From Oopsacas minuta (Eukaryota; Animalia; Porifera), in contig JAKMXF010000099.1 of assembly GCA_024704765.1 (NCBI GenBank), positions 258,432 through 322,431 on the forward strand: DNA of 64,000 bases, given 5' to 3'. A program made the translations under genes and the position numbers. The number at the start of each line of letters is the position of its first letter. Positions within the stretch are counted from its first letter, which is position 1. The notes below the pieces were generated by a model. The model was given only the letters and a program-made list of their open reading frames with translations. It was not told the origin of the DNA and searched no databases. Below are positions 39,201 to 49,931 of the stretch, in pieces.

Positions 39201-40886
39201 CGCATGTATTTAGTCTTGTACAACAATAGTAAGAAAGATATAACAATTAATAAGGTAAATTTTCCTCCCGAAGTTAGTAGCATTAATTCGTAAATTCTTA
39301 TTTATTAGTATTTAACATAAATTAAAATCCAATTTTCCACACGGTTTCTTAAATATGGCCATCAGGACGCATAATTTCCTACCAGGGTATATATTGAAGC
39401 AATGCGTTGACAATTGACAATGCAACTTGTGACGTACGTATATCCAATATAGTAAGTTGCATTGTGTATCAGGAATAATTTACTTGGTGTATTTACAATT
39501 ACTAATCTCGAGTATGTAAAAATATGAGTTACCTTGCTTGAGAATTCTGTTCCCTGATCATGTTGGAGGATGTTAGGCACACCGAATGAGAGATAAATTT
39601 CCTGTAAACAATCCAATATTTCTTTAGATGTTTTAGTCTTGAGTGGTCGGGCAATTACAAATTTACTCAGGTAGCACACGATGACAAGAATGTGCTGAAA
39701 TCCAAGTACAGTGCGAGACATATTACATATGAGATCAATTCCACAATGACACCATGGTTCTTCAGGAGGAGAAATAGGTTGAAGCTCTCGTTGTGGCTGA
39801 GGAGGTAGAGCAGCAGAGGTTTGACAGTCATGGCAAGTTCGGATCTAGAACGGGAAATGATTTAATTGTCAGTTTGCAGTCCAGTCTAATGTAATTTGCT
39901 ACGTCCCAGATGTCCCACTAAATTAACATTCCGTCCCGCTTTTTCTTCACTCAGGTTGGCAAATATGTTTATGTGAAATACTCCCACTACCTATCCCAAT
40001 TACTAACTACCGCAAGGATCATTAGTTGTTAGATACATGATTGGTTGGTTGTACCGCACAAATAGATTTCCATATGATAAAATTGTATACCGGTATACTA
40101 AATATCATCAGATCGCACAAATAAAGGTGTATACAGTAGAATAATTACAAGGTGAATAACCTCAAACTATAAAATATATCCTGTTCTCAGACTTACCAAC
40201 CCCTTTTGCAAATTTCCCTGGATTATCGTTGCTAAATCCCTGGATTTCAAAATTTGTAATCCAGGTATCCCTGGAGGGTTGGTAAGTCTGTGTTCTCAGC
40301 CACATTTTCTTGGAAAATCATATACGAAAGAAATACGTAATTTAATAACTCACGTAGGATCCAACATCATTGTATATACCATTCCAATCATATTTGTTTC
40401 GGATTCCATCAATGGTAGTGTTGATTCCAGGATGAGTGACTTTGTGATAGAATCCGATAATGTTGTCAATTTCTGAGACTAGTGGAATCTCCAAGTATTT
40501 CACACAGCCATTCTTCTTTCTGAAAATATACAAGAAAATTATTCTAGTTAAACGCAGAGGTTATAGGTAGCATTGAGGGGCAGAGGAGCCCCCTAGCGTT
40601 TTCGCCCTTCTCATCTCCCTATTGTACGCAAATTTAATGAGGCAACTACATATCTGCCTCCTCGCAGATATGTAGTTACCTCAAGATTTCTAATTATGTC
40701 TTGGAAATATGTATAAATCAAAATTATCATTCAGGAATATACCTTCATTAGCTTATTCTCTTGAAAGTAAATCCCCTTGCACTTTCTGACAAAATTCTTC
40801 TTTCTGTAGCGATCACTCTTGATTTCTGGTGGGATAATATTCGTCTGGAGGTATCCACGAATTGCTTCATGCTCTGTCACATCCAT
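36286..40886 (-). CDS. 7-exon Ginger integrase fused to a USP-like (peptidase C19-fold) domain, ~985 aa, one apparent frameshift near 38850
   Basis: Predicted exons 40886-40743, 40515-40354, 39844-39533, 39158-39052, 38938-38532, 38263-37983 and 37835-36286, with GT-AG introns in compatible phase (intron 1 needs the acceptor 4 nt downstream of the first CAG). Motifs: H2C2 (H..THPG...CHDC), GIDL (D), HDQGTEF (D), NGLVE (E, 35-residue spacing), GPY, then NTC / RHF / YDG. Confidence 0.8.
40188..40290. mobile_element. 103-bp MITE in Ginger intron 2
   Basis: 15-bp perfect TIR CAGACTTACCAACCC; TGTTCT duplicated on both sides. Confidence 0.75.
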
Positions 40887-41698
40887 AATGAAAAATGCCA
40901 AAAGTAAATATAAGTGTTTGATGTTGAAATCTAGAAACAAAGTAAAATGTTAGTGTGTGCATTTAGGAAGTCACACATGTATAAATACGAATACTATGTG
41001 ACTAGGGATGAAATGTTGATATTACTTGATTTGCAATTGCTACTTGCGGGTCAAAATCCTACGTGGGTCAAAATCCTACGCAACAGTCCTTCGATATCAT
41101 TACAATAGCACAGTGGACCATCAGTGGTGTAGTATTGAGCGAGATCGAAATTTCGCTTGCGATAGTGGGATACTAGGACATCTTTGTCTAGTAGGTTTTT
41201 CTGTTTGAGCCTGGATGCAAGGAGTTCAGCTTTGTCTTTAGATAAGTCTAGATCCCTGACCAGGTCATTCAATTCTCCCTGTGTAAATGTTTGTGGCCCT
41301 AGTAATTCATTTTCCGGGACATAATTAGCATCTGTAGAATCTGCAGGAACATTTTCTACCATATCGGACCCGATTTTAATTTGGTGTGGCTTGGGAATTG
41401 GGCAAACGTAACAGAAATTGTCGGGATGAGTTCTACAATTACGATGCATGTTTATAATTTTATTTGCTTGAATTCAAATAAGTAAAGTCATTTATATTCC
41501 AGATAATTGAATCAAAATAGGCATGCTCATATAGCAATTTAGTAACTAGGTAATACTATACTATTGAAAAAATGGATATTGGATTTCAGAATAACTAGAC
41601 GTGCTAGAGAAATCCTGATTGCAGATTCGAGTTCAGCATTCAAAATTATGCTAAGATAAATGTATGTGATCTCTGATGAGAAATCTTGTTGAGTTGTG

Positions 41699-42150
41699 TT
41701 ATCAAATCTTTGTATAATTCGGTATTTCATTTCCATTTTCCTGAAATGTGAAATTGAATGATAAATCTTTGTATAGTCCTGTATTGCAGTTAATATATCC
41801 TGAAAGTTAAATTTGAATAGCAAATCTTCTCATAGTTCAGTATTTCACTTCCTATTTCCCGAAATTTGAAATTAGATGAAAAAGCTTCTTATAGTCCAGT
41901 ATTGCAGTGACTATGCGCTAAAATTTGAAATTGAATTACAACTCTTTGTATGGTTTCGTATCATAATTTCTATCTGGCCAAAATTTGAAAGTGAAGATCA
42001 AATCTTTGTATTGTTCAGTATTTCACTTCCGATGTCCCGAAATTTGATATTGACTGAAAAAGCTTTGTTCATTCCAGTATAACATTGAATATGTGCTGAC
42101 ATTTGAATTGACTGACAACTCTTTGTATAGTTTAGTCTTACAATTTCTAT
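41699..42150 (-). repeat. Satellite block 7, end of the array
   Basis: Continues the block 6 register across the Chapaev3 insertion. Confidence 0.8.
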
Positions 42151-42502
42151 GTTGCGAATTATGAGATTCATCTGAATTGCAGCTAGTGTATATGTTATGG
42201 GCAGTAAGAGAAATTGGGCATTATGCATAATGTTACTCTTATTGAACAATATGCATAATCAAATGGTAGCAAACTCACGATTAATTTGTTGTTGTTGACT
42301 TGTAGTGTTGAAATGGTGTTGTGTTGTGGATTGATAATATATCGTGTGAAATATCAAATATATTATATACACTATCATTTCATCTACAGACTATATCTTA
42401 GCTATGTGGTTCTACAATAATACTTTCACTATCATATTTCAATTCATGTACTGTGTTAATTACTATTACTTGTATAGTGGCTTAGTTATACCAAACTTTG
42501 TA

Positions 42503-42649
42503 CACTCAATGCCGGTTATAAGGACATCGTCGGGGAACTGGACATAATGTTCTTATATCCGATAAAATTCAATGGAGAAAGATACAAAAGATTCGGTAAA
42601 TCGAGTCATGGTTCGTATAACCGGGTGTTCTTATACTCGGTATCTACTC
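42503..42649. mobile_element. Possible degenerate Tc1/pogo-type MITE
   Basis: TA-flanked with weak inverted ends (CACTCAATGCCGGTTATAAGGAC versus GTTCTTATACTCGGTATCTACTC). Confidence 0.35.
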
Positions 42650-42745
42650 TATATGTGTATATATTCAATTGGTATTCTTCTGATGAAAGCGAACAGATTT
42701 TGACAGTTCGTTGGTGTTCTAATTAATAAGGTTCCAGTTTATATA

Positions 42746-42865
42746 TGTTATGGCCAGTATGAGAAATTGGGCATTATGCATATTGTTCAATAAGAGTAGC
42801 ATTATGCATATTGACTAAGAAAGTAGCATATGCATATTGCCCAAATTCTTATACTGCCCATAACA
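42746..42865. mobile_element. 120-bp MITE with TGT..ACA ends and TATA TSD
   Basis: ~27-bp TIR TGTTATGG(C/G)CAGTAT..GAA.TTGGGCA, with TATA on both sides. A partial second copy lies at ~42192-42260. Confidence 0.75.
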
Positions 42866-43072
42866 TATACATTCAGTATCAAATGTTTGAACATAGAAAA
42901 TTTGAATCTCTCTTGTAGCAAGATTCTAGATTCTATTTCAGATATTTGCACATAGACACATTGAGTCTGACTTGTAACAAGAATATACATTCAATTTCAG
43001 ACCATTGCACAAATTCACATAAAATCTGACTCGAAGATAAATTGTGGATTCAATTTCTGATGTTTGCACATA

Positions 43073-43650
43073 CTAGGGCGTTCAATAAGTCTTGCGGGTG
43101 ATATCATAGGATATGATACAAACCCAATACACACAAATTCACTATAATATTTATTTAAAGTAATCCCCTCCTGCAGATACACAAATTTTTAACCTTTCCA
43201 CCCACTTGTAAACACATTTCTGTACTCTTCTTCGGAGATAGATTTGAAGTACTAGTTCAGGCCCGTTCCGAGTGCTTGTAATGTGTTAAAATCTTTGCCT
43301 TGAAGGTAGATTTTAAGCTTGGGGAATAGCCAAAAATCACACGGAGCTAGGTCTGGTGAGCATCGTGGATGGGGAAGTAATTCTAACCCTTCTACTTCCA
43401 AGAAACTATGGTAAGCTTAGCTGTATGGGAACTGGCGTTATCAATTAAGATCTTCATTCCTTGAGTTCCGGTTTTCAGGCGGTACTTTTCTATATTTTTT
43501 ATCAAATTTGGAAGCACTTGCTCTGTAAAGAAAGTAGCAGTAACAGCCTTGCCACTCTCACAAGGTGATTGCAAGACAATTCCATGACTACTGAAGAAGA
43601 TGGTATGCATAATCTTAGGTTCTGAAGTCAGGCCTACGAATTTTCGCCGG
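43073..43650 (-). mobile_element. 3' half of a mariner of the same family as 285-1619
   Basis: TA|CTAGGGCGTTCAATAAGTCTTGCGGGTG TIR. KPKIMHTIFFSSHGIV, KILIDNASSHTAKLT and PDLAPCDFWLFPKLK, closely similar to the first copy. Confidence 0.88.
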
Positions 43651-43699
43651 TCACAATGAGATGGAGGATGTGGCACATGCAACCAACCGACTGATGATT

Positions 43700-44958
43700 T
43701 GCAATATATGAGGATTTCACTAGGTTAGCTGCATTGTCTCTAACAAGGCAATTGACATTTTGAAGACACCAACTTTTTCAAATTTGTGACAAGACCATAG
43801 CCATGCTTTCTCCAGTATGTGCGCTATCGTAAGGCATACATCGTAGGATTGCTACCTTCTTCTGCCAATTGAAATTAATATAGTGTATAGTAAAACTAAT
43901 AAAGGATCGTTGTCCTTCGCTAGACCAGATATCTGATGTTATGGAGTATACTGCGGCATCATTTTCGTCGAGAGACTGTTTTATCATGTATTGTACTTGT
44001 CTATACAAGTTGGGAATCAGTTTTGGTCGCATTCTCTTTTCTGATGGAACAATAAACCTTTAATTTAAATGAGAAATCAATTTCTGGAACTGATCATTGC
44101 TAACGTTGAATATGGCAACAAACCATCACACAGCCACTGCACCAATAGTTTTTCACCGAAAATCTGTTCAGGTCTATCTGGATTCCATTTACTCAATCGG
44201 TCATTAGTTTCTGATAATGTTAATTGTGTTGTTGAGAGTGAGTACACTTCTTTTTTTATATTCCTTTTCGACTATCTTTGCTTGTTTTGTTGCAGCAGCC
44301 AGAATTTGCTCATCTTGGGCACTATCATAATTTTCTTTGTGCGATTTTTTAAATGGATCGAAAGAGCTTTAGTCGAGAAGTCTTTTCTTTCAGCTCCATC
44401 TTTTCCCCTACGGACCTTGATATTTTTGCATCCAAAAACCATACAATTAGCAATAGATAGATTAGTGGGGTTCACAGCTAAATAGGACCATACACTCGAT
44501 CTGGGACGTTTACTCATTATCAATAAGTTACTCAGATACGTTTTAAACAAGATTGCTTAAAAATTAGGGTTCAGTCACTATAGTGTGATCAATGAAATTT
44601 AAGAAATCGCACCAGCAATAAGTACCCGTATAATTCCTAATTCCTATTATCATATTGGCAAGAAGCCAACGGCTGACTAACTGGGGAAATTTGGTTGGTA
44701 GAATCTTATTGGTTAATAATTAGGTTTTGATTGTTGGTAGTGCTTTTGCAATGCAACATCGACGATGCGATATTTAGTGTGACTTTACTATCTTACGATT
44801 CTCCGCCCTATGAACTAAGTAACATTCACTGGGTGTAGTGGCCCCAATGGGAACAACTTTTTATTGGAAGAGCAATCAATTGATCTACTTCAATCCCAGT
44901 TTTAGTCCCGGTGAAAAGTTGTATTCCCGATCCCGGTACCGGTCCCAGTGGATCGCTA
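43700..44958 (-). mobile_element. 5' fragment of an Ac-like hAT transposon (BED finger)
   Basis: RSSVWSYL...C..FGC...HLK BED finger, and SITSDIWS...SFISFTIHYIN (first catalytic Asp). Candidate terminus TAGCGATCCACTGGGACCGG ending at 44958. Confidence 0.75.
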
Positions 44959-45029
44959 GTTGACATAATGGCGCAATGATTGAGATTTTAGTTATTCAAA
45001 TTGATGATATATGCTTAAAAGACGAGTCA

Positions 45030-45270
45030 ATAGTATTGATATCAGTATATAGAACACCTGTTGCTTCGTTAATGCACCTTCTCTCAAATGACTACATCAC
45101 GAATCGGTTCAAGATGTATAATTACAGGCGATTTTAATGTAGAAGTATCTGAAAAATCTCCATGTTGTACAAACCTTTGCAATACTGCTCAGCAAAATGA
45201 CTTTGTTAAGCGATATCTGGTATTTCAAAAATTATAGCTCACAGTTGGACTGTGTGTTCATTAATTATTC
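45030..45270 (+). pseudogene. Degenerate apurinic-type endonuclease remnant (LINE or Helentron origin)
   Basis: Broken frames give IVLISVYRTP, IITGDFNVE and QLDCVFIN. Confidence 0.45.
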
Positions 45271-45977
45271 TTTAACCTCGTATAAGTTTATGAATCGAAC
45301 TTTAGTGATACTAAGCCAATGCTAATTTTTCTTACTCCTGATGTACTTCAACCAAATGTACATCCTAGTGAATTGAATCAATGATTATGTGCACAAATGT
45401 TTCTAATTACAAGAAACTTATCATAATGATATAAGTAATAAAATTCATTTTAATATGGAACAAAAAATAGATTCCAAAAGTCAGTTTAATTCAGATGTCA
45501 AGACTACTCATGTACAAATTCCAACTCTTCTTCACACTAGTGTTATTGATAATTATAATAAATTTACACTTGCAATTCGACTAAATTGAGTAACAGTATT
45601 AACTTGAATAGTATACCTTTGAGCGACACGAACTTTATAGTTGGAGTTCGTGATGAATAAATTTTTATGCATAGTAATGTAAAAGATCGGTACAATTTCA
45701 AGATAGTTCTTGTAATAACTGATGGTAATTGCTTTTTGTCAGGGCATTATCTTATAGTATATTTGGTAATTAGAGTGAACATCATAGTACTTGTATTTGC
45801 ATGCAAGAATTTTCAGCCCAGATGAAAACCTCCGGTGTTTGCGGTAAACCTTTGTATATTGAATAATGTTTCACAAGTATCTTTATCTATTGGTATCCTA
45901 AATCATCGAGTAAATAAATATATTCGTTAGTATAAAATTATCTAAAAGAATGTGAACCACTTACATGTGTGATATCT

Positions 45978-46602
45978 TTAAAAGTTGGAAGTAATTGCAG
46001 AAATAGTTGATATTAGGTGAAAATTCAAAAATTTTTGAGTTAATCTGTGAGATATATCATCTATATGGAACAAAATATATTTCAATACTCCAACAATCTT
46101 GTGATACAAGGAAATGTTTGGATAACACGAGCTGGTTTGCAATGAACTGAATATGAATTCCAAAGTGTGCATCTTTAAGCATATTGTATTTAGACTTAAT
46201 AGATTGATAGATTTCTCTCGAGACAGTTCAACTAATACACATTTTTCTTCTTTTGTAAGTAGTGATACTTGGAACATCCCTGATACTGGATCTCTACGAC
46301 ACCATAACTGCATCACTTTGTTCACTTTAGGAAAATCTTGAGGGATATATATACAATTATCTTGTTGTAAAATATTAAAGCTGATATGTTCTTTAAGCTC
46401 ATTAATCAGAAGTGAGATTACCATTTGGTTAAATTCTTCTTCTTGGAGGTCATAGACGGAAGGTTTTAGTAAATTCTTTCTTACCGAAGGAACTGGCATA
46501 AACACACGTTCATTTAATGGAATTGTGGGCAGTACTTGAAAATCATCAAGAGAAGGCCCTACATTTGGAATTTCTTTAATTGTTCCTATTGCACTTCCAT
46601 TC
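45978..46602 (-). other. Probable exon of an unidentified host gene or pseudogene
   Basis: ~205-codon open frame (NGSAIGTIKEIPNVGP...) beginning after a candidate acceptor near 46603. No recognisable domain. Confidence 0.4.
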
Positions 46603-47417
46603 TAGATGATATAATCAGGATTATTTTTTTATTACTAGGGCAAGAAAAGTTATTTGCATAGTCAATCTTAACCAAACGCTAATATGCATTCCAAGCATGT
46701 TGGACAACATGGTAGTGTAATTTGTTTGTTCGTTCGATCCTTCGTAACTAATTATTTTTGCTCTATAAGTAATAATTAGAAGGTTAGAAAACAATAAGGG
46801 TTTGTAAAATTATAGATAAATTGAATATGTTAACTATTACTTGAGATATCCATGAAGCGTATTCCTTGACATGGTCATCAGCTCAGAGTATTCATAAAGA
46901 AGACTAATGGACAAAATATTTGTTGTTAATATTGAGCAAGAGATAGTTTAATCCCTCAACGACTGCTTTGCAGTTTCGTGGACCGGAGCGACTAGAACTA
47001 TAGACTAATAGGATCGAATATATAACGTATATAGAGGATTATTTCTCATAATTAATTACTTTAAACAAACGTACCTCAATGATAAGTCACCTGAAGTACA
47101 TCATTTCCTATCGCTATACCATTTACACTCTTTGCTAATAAATGGATGAAATCCTTCCCCTGTCATCACGTACAATACCCTCGGATTGAGGATAAAAGAG
47201 TAATATTTCTATTCTTATATAGTTATACATACAAATCACACACCAACAAACCATTTTCTATTGTCATGCGCAATACTTCAGATTACTCTAATGTATTAGA
47301 AAGAGTAATTGTTTCAATATTTAGAGTAGTCATCTCCGAACCTTAAGATATTCTTGTCTTCTTCCTGTTTGAACGGATTTCAAGAGAAGTTGGAACATTC
47401 TGGGCCACGTTCTAGAA

Positions 47418-49931
47418 CAGTGCTACTTAACCGATGGGGAATTCCCCACTAGTGGGGAATAGAAGATCATTGGGTGGGGAATGGTGCTTCTGAGAAATTT
47501 TATGTAAAAGTTATTAAATGTTGGGACATATTCACTAAAATTCTAAATAATATGTCAAGTTCTGCGAATTTAATGAATTCTAAGAATACATTGAAGTGAG
47601 ATATAACCATCCAAATCCCTGTGCAATCAAATGCTTTTTCATTTGCAGTAAATTTTGAATGGTATCTTTGCTTATAATAAATGTTTATTTGGAGATTGAC
47701 ACTACGTAGAAATTCAATCAATGTGCCAGTTCTAATTTAGTGAAATTGAACTTGTTTCATACCTGATATTACATATAAATAGTAACCAACTTTCAACAAT
47801 TATTCAACTCAAATAACTCTGATTTAGAATTATTTTACATTATTTGGCCTCCTCGACTTCTTAAGTCTCAATTTTCTAACCTTCTTACAGTAATTTATAT
47901 AAGTCAGTGTTTACCATGTCACTGAAGAGAAGTATCACGAAGATTATCTCAATTTTGGCTTTACATTCCTGGAAAATAATGGTTACCCACTTCCACAATG
48001 CGTAGTGTGTATGAAAACTCTTTCGAATTCAAGTATGAAGCCGTACCAACTGAAGCAACATCTCACCACAGTCCACCCGGAGCATTCCAAAAATGATCGA
48101 GCTTTCTTTCAGCTGAAGGAGACTGGATTAAAAAAGGCGAAATTAGATTCCAGTGGAGCATTCCATCAACAGGCAAAGTCAATTGCACGCGTCGTATGCC
48201 ATTGCACTATTGGTGGCAAAAAACAAGAAACCTCATACAATCGGGGAGACTCTCATAAAGCCCTGCATTCTTGAATGTGCTCGAATAGTCCTCAACAAAG
48301 ATGCCATTAGCAGGCTGGAGCAAATATCCATGTCAAACGACACAATCAAGTCAAGGATTGTTGATATGTCTAACAATATCAAACATCAGATAATTACAAA
48401 AATCCAGGCATCTCCCATGTTTGCTATCCAGCTGGACGAGTCTACAGATGTGGCTAATCTTTCTCAATTGATGGTTTTTGCTCGTTATATGAATGGTCCG
48501 ACAATTGAGGAGGAGTTCCTATTCTGTAAGCCCTTGGAGACGACAACAAAGGCAGAAGATGTCATGGCCTTAGCCTCAACATTCTTTGGGGATATGAATC
48601 TCACCTGGAAAAATATAGTCGAGGTGTGCTCAGATGGAGCACCAGCCATGTTGGGTAGCCGATCTGGTTTTATCTCGCTTGTTAAACACAAGAATCCGAA
48701 TGTGCTAGGAACCCACTGTTTCATCCATCGCCAGGCACTGGCCTCTAAACAATGCATAGTTCTCTATGTGCTAATTTAGCGATCGTCATTAAAGTAGTCA
48801 ACTATATCAAAAGCGGAGCGTCCAATACCCGCTTATTTCGCCAAATTTGTGAAGGAATGGATGCTACCCATCAGTCTCTCTTGTTCCATACGCAGATACG
48901 GTGGTTATCCAAAGGAAACATGTTGGCTCGGGTATTTGAACTTAAGGAAGAGGTGGACACCTTTCTTAAGATGAAATGCAAGATGGATCTCCTAACTGAA
49001 TTTAATAAACCAGAGTTTGTCTCTCACTTGGCATACCTTGCAGATATCTTTGAAGCTCTAAATGAGCTTAATCGGAAACTTTAGGGCCGAGATACCAACA
49101 TTATCAGTCATACAGACAACATTAATGCCTTCATCTCCAAAAGTAAACTCTGGAGAAGAAAGATCATGGAAGGCAATACATGTTCTTTTCATCGATTGAC
49201 AGATGTACTCTGTAACGAACCCTTTTCTGCACAACTTCAAAAAGACATAATGGAGCATCTTGACTGCCTGGGAAGGGAGTTTACTAAATATTTTCCTGGG
49301 ATTAACACAGAGGATCCATTAATTGCTATGGTAAGAAATCCATTCAAGTGTGTGGTCGAGACGATTCCAGAGGATATCCAAGAGGAGTTTCTAGAACTTG
49401 TCCATGATTCATTTAGTAAGGATGAGTTCCGAATTCTTAGTCTCTCTGACTTCTGGGCCAAAATGTATTTGGCTTATCCAATCGTCAGTAAACAAGCTCC
49501 TAAAACTATTGTACCTTTCTCATCAACTTATCTATGTGAGTCTGGATTTTCAAGCTTACTTACTATCAAAACAAAGGCTCGAAACAAATTAGAGGTGGAA
49601 GATGACCTGAGATGTTCTATCTCCTTTACTGAACCCGATAATCACCGATCTTGTGCGTAGTAAACAAATACAAAAATCACATTAAAGAATTGAATTACTT
49701 ATTTATCATTACAAATTTAGTACTTCCGAAAAATGTATTGAGATGTCATGTTGATTAATTAAAAAATACATTATCTAAATTCAAATATATAAGCTACAAA
49801 ACTTCTAAAACAAATAGGATTATATAGCCGTGTGCTTTTGAATATTTAAATAACATTCATAATTTGGTGGGAAATTGATTGACTGAGTCTTCCAAAGTGG
49901 GAAATGGCCCAAAAAAGGTTAAGAACCGCTG
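47418..49931 (+). mobile_element. hAT Buster/Charlie-type transposon
   Basis: TIR CAG(T/C)G..(A/T)CTTAACC. Perfect 8-bp TSD TTCTAGAA with central TA (47410-47417, 49932-49939). Confidence 0.92.
47916..49685 (+). pseudogene. Buster-type (ZBED8/SCAND3-like) transposase, frameshifted
   Basis: YLNFGF, PQCVVC, KKPHTIGETLIKP, QLDESTDV, CSDGAPAM, HCFIHRQALA, RWLSKG and PFSSTYLCESGFS. Confidence 0.9.

Larger units (their letters stand above)
35162..41085 (-). mobile_element. Ginger1-like (gypsy-integrase-related) DNA transposon
   Basis: TGTTGCGTAGGATTTTGACCC TIRs with TGT..ACA termini. 4-bp TSD GTCC at 35158-35161 and 41086-41089; removing the element restores the Chapaev3 frame (CNDIEGLYANL). Confidence 0.9.
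33827..41698 (-). mobile_element. Chapaev3 transposon (3-bp TTA TSD) interrupted by Ginger
   Basis: TTA|CACAGGTCAACAAAATT ... TTGTTGAGTTGTG|TTA. The empty site restores the satellite sequence GGAAATTGATTATCAAATC. Transposase pieces: CRTHPDNFCYVC and LNDLVRDLDLSKDKAELLASRL (41051-41449); WRLFIDSSK, ICGDLKIIGLLMGLQQGFTKYCCFLC, PPLHIKIG, KLHFLHSH and SDEQGERFHQD (34200-35160). Confidence 0.92.

Noticed and set aside
35162-41085. Ty3/gypsy LTR retrotransposon or Polinton as the source of the integrase
   Set aside because: No RT, RNase H, gag, LTRs, PolB or ATPase. Inverted termini, a 4-bp TSD and introns fit Ginger.
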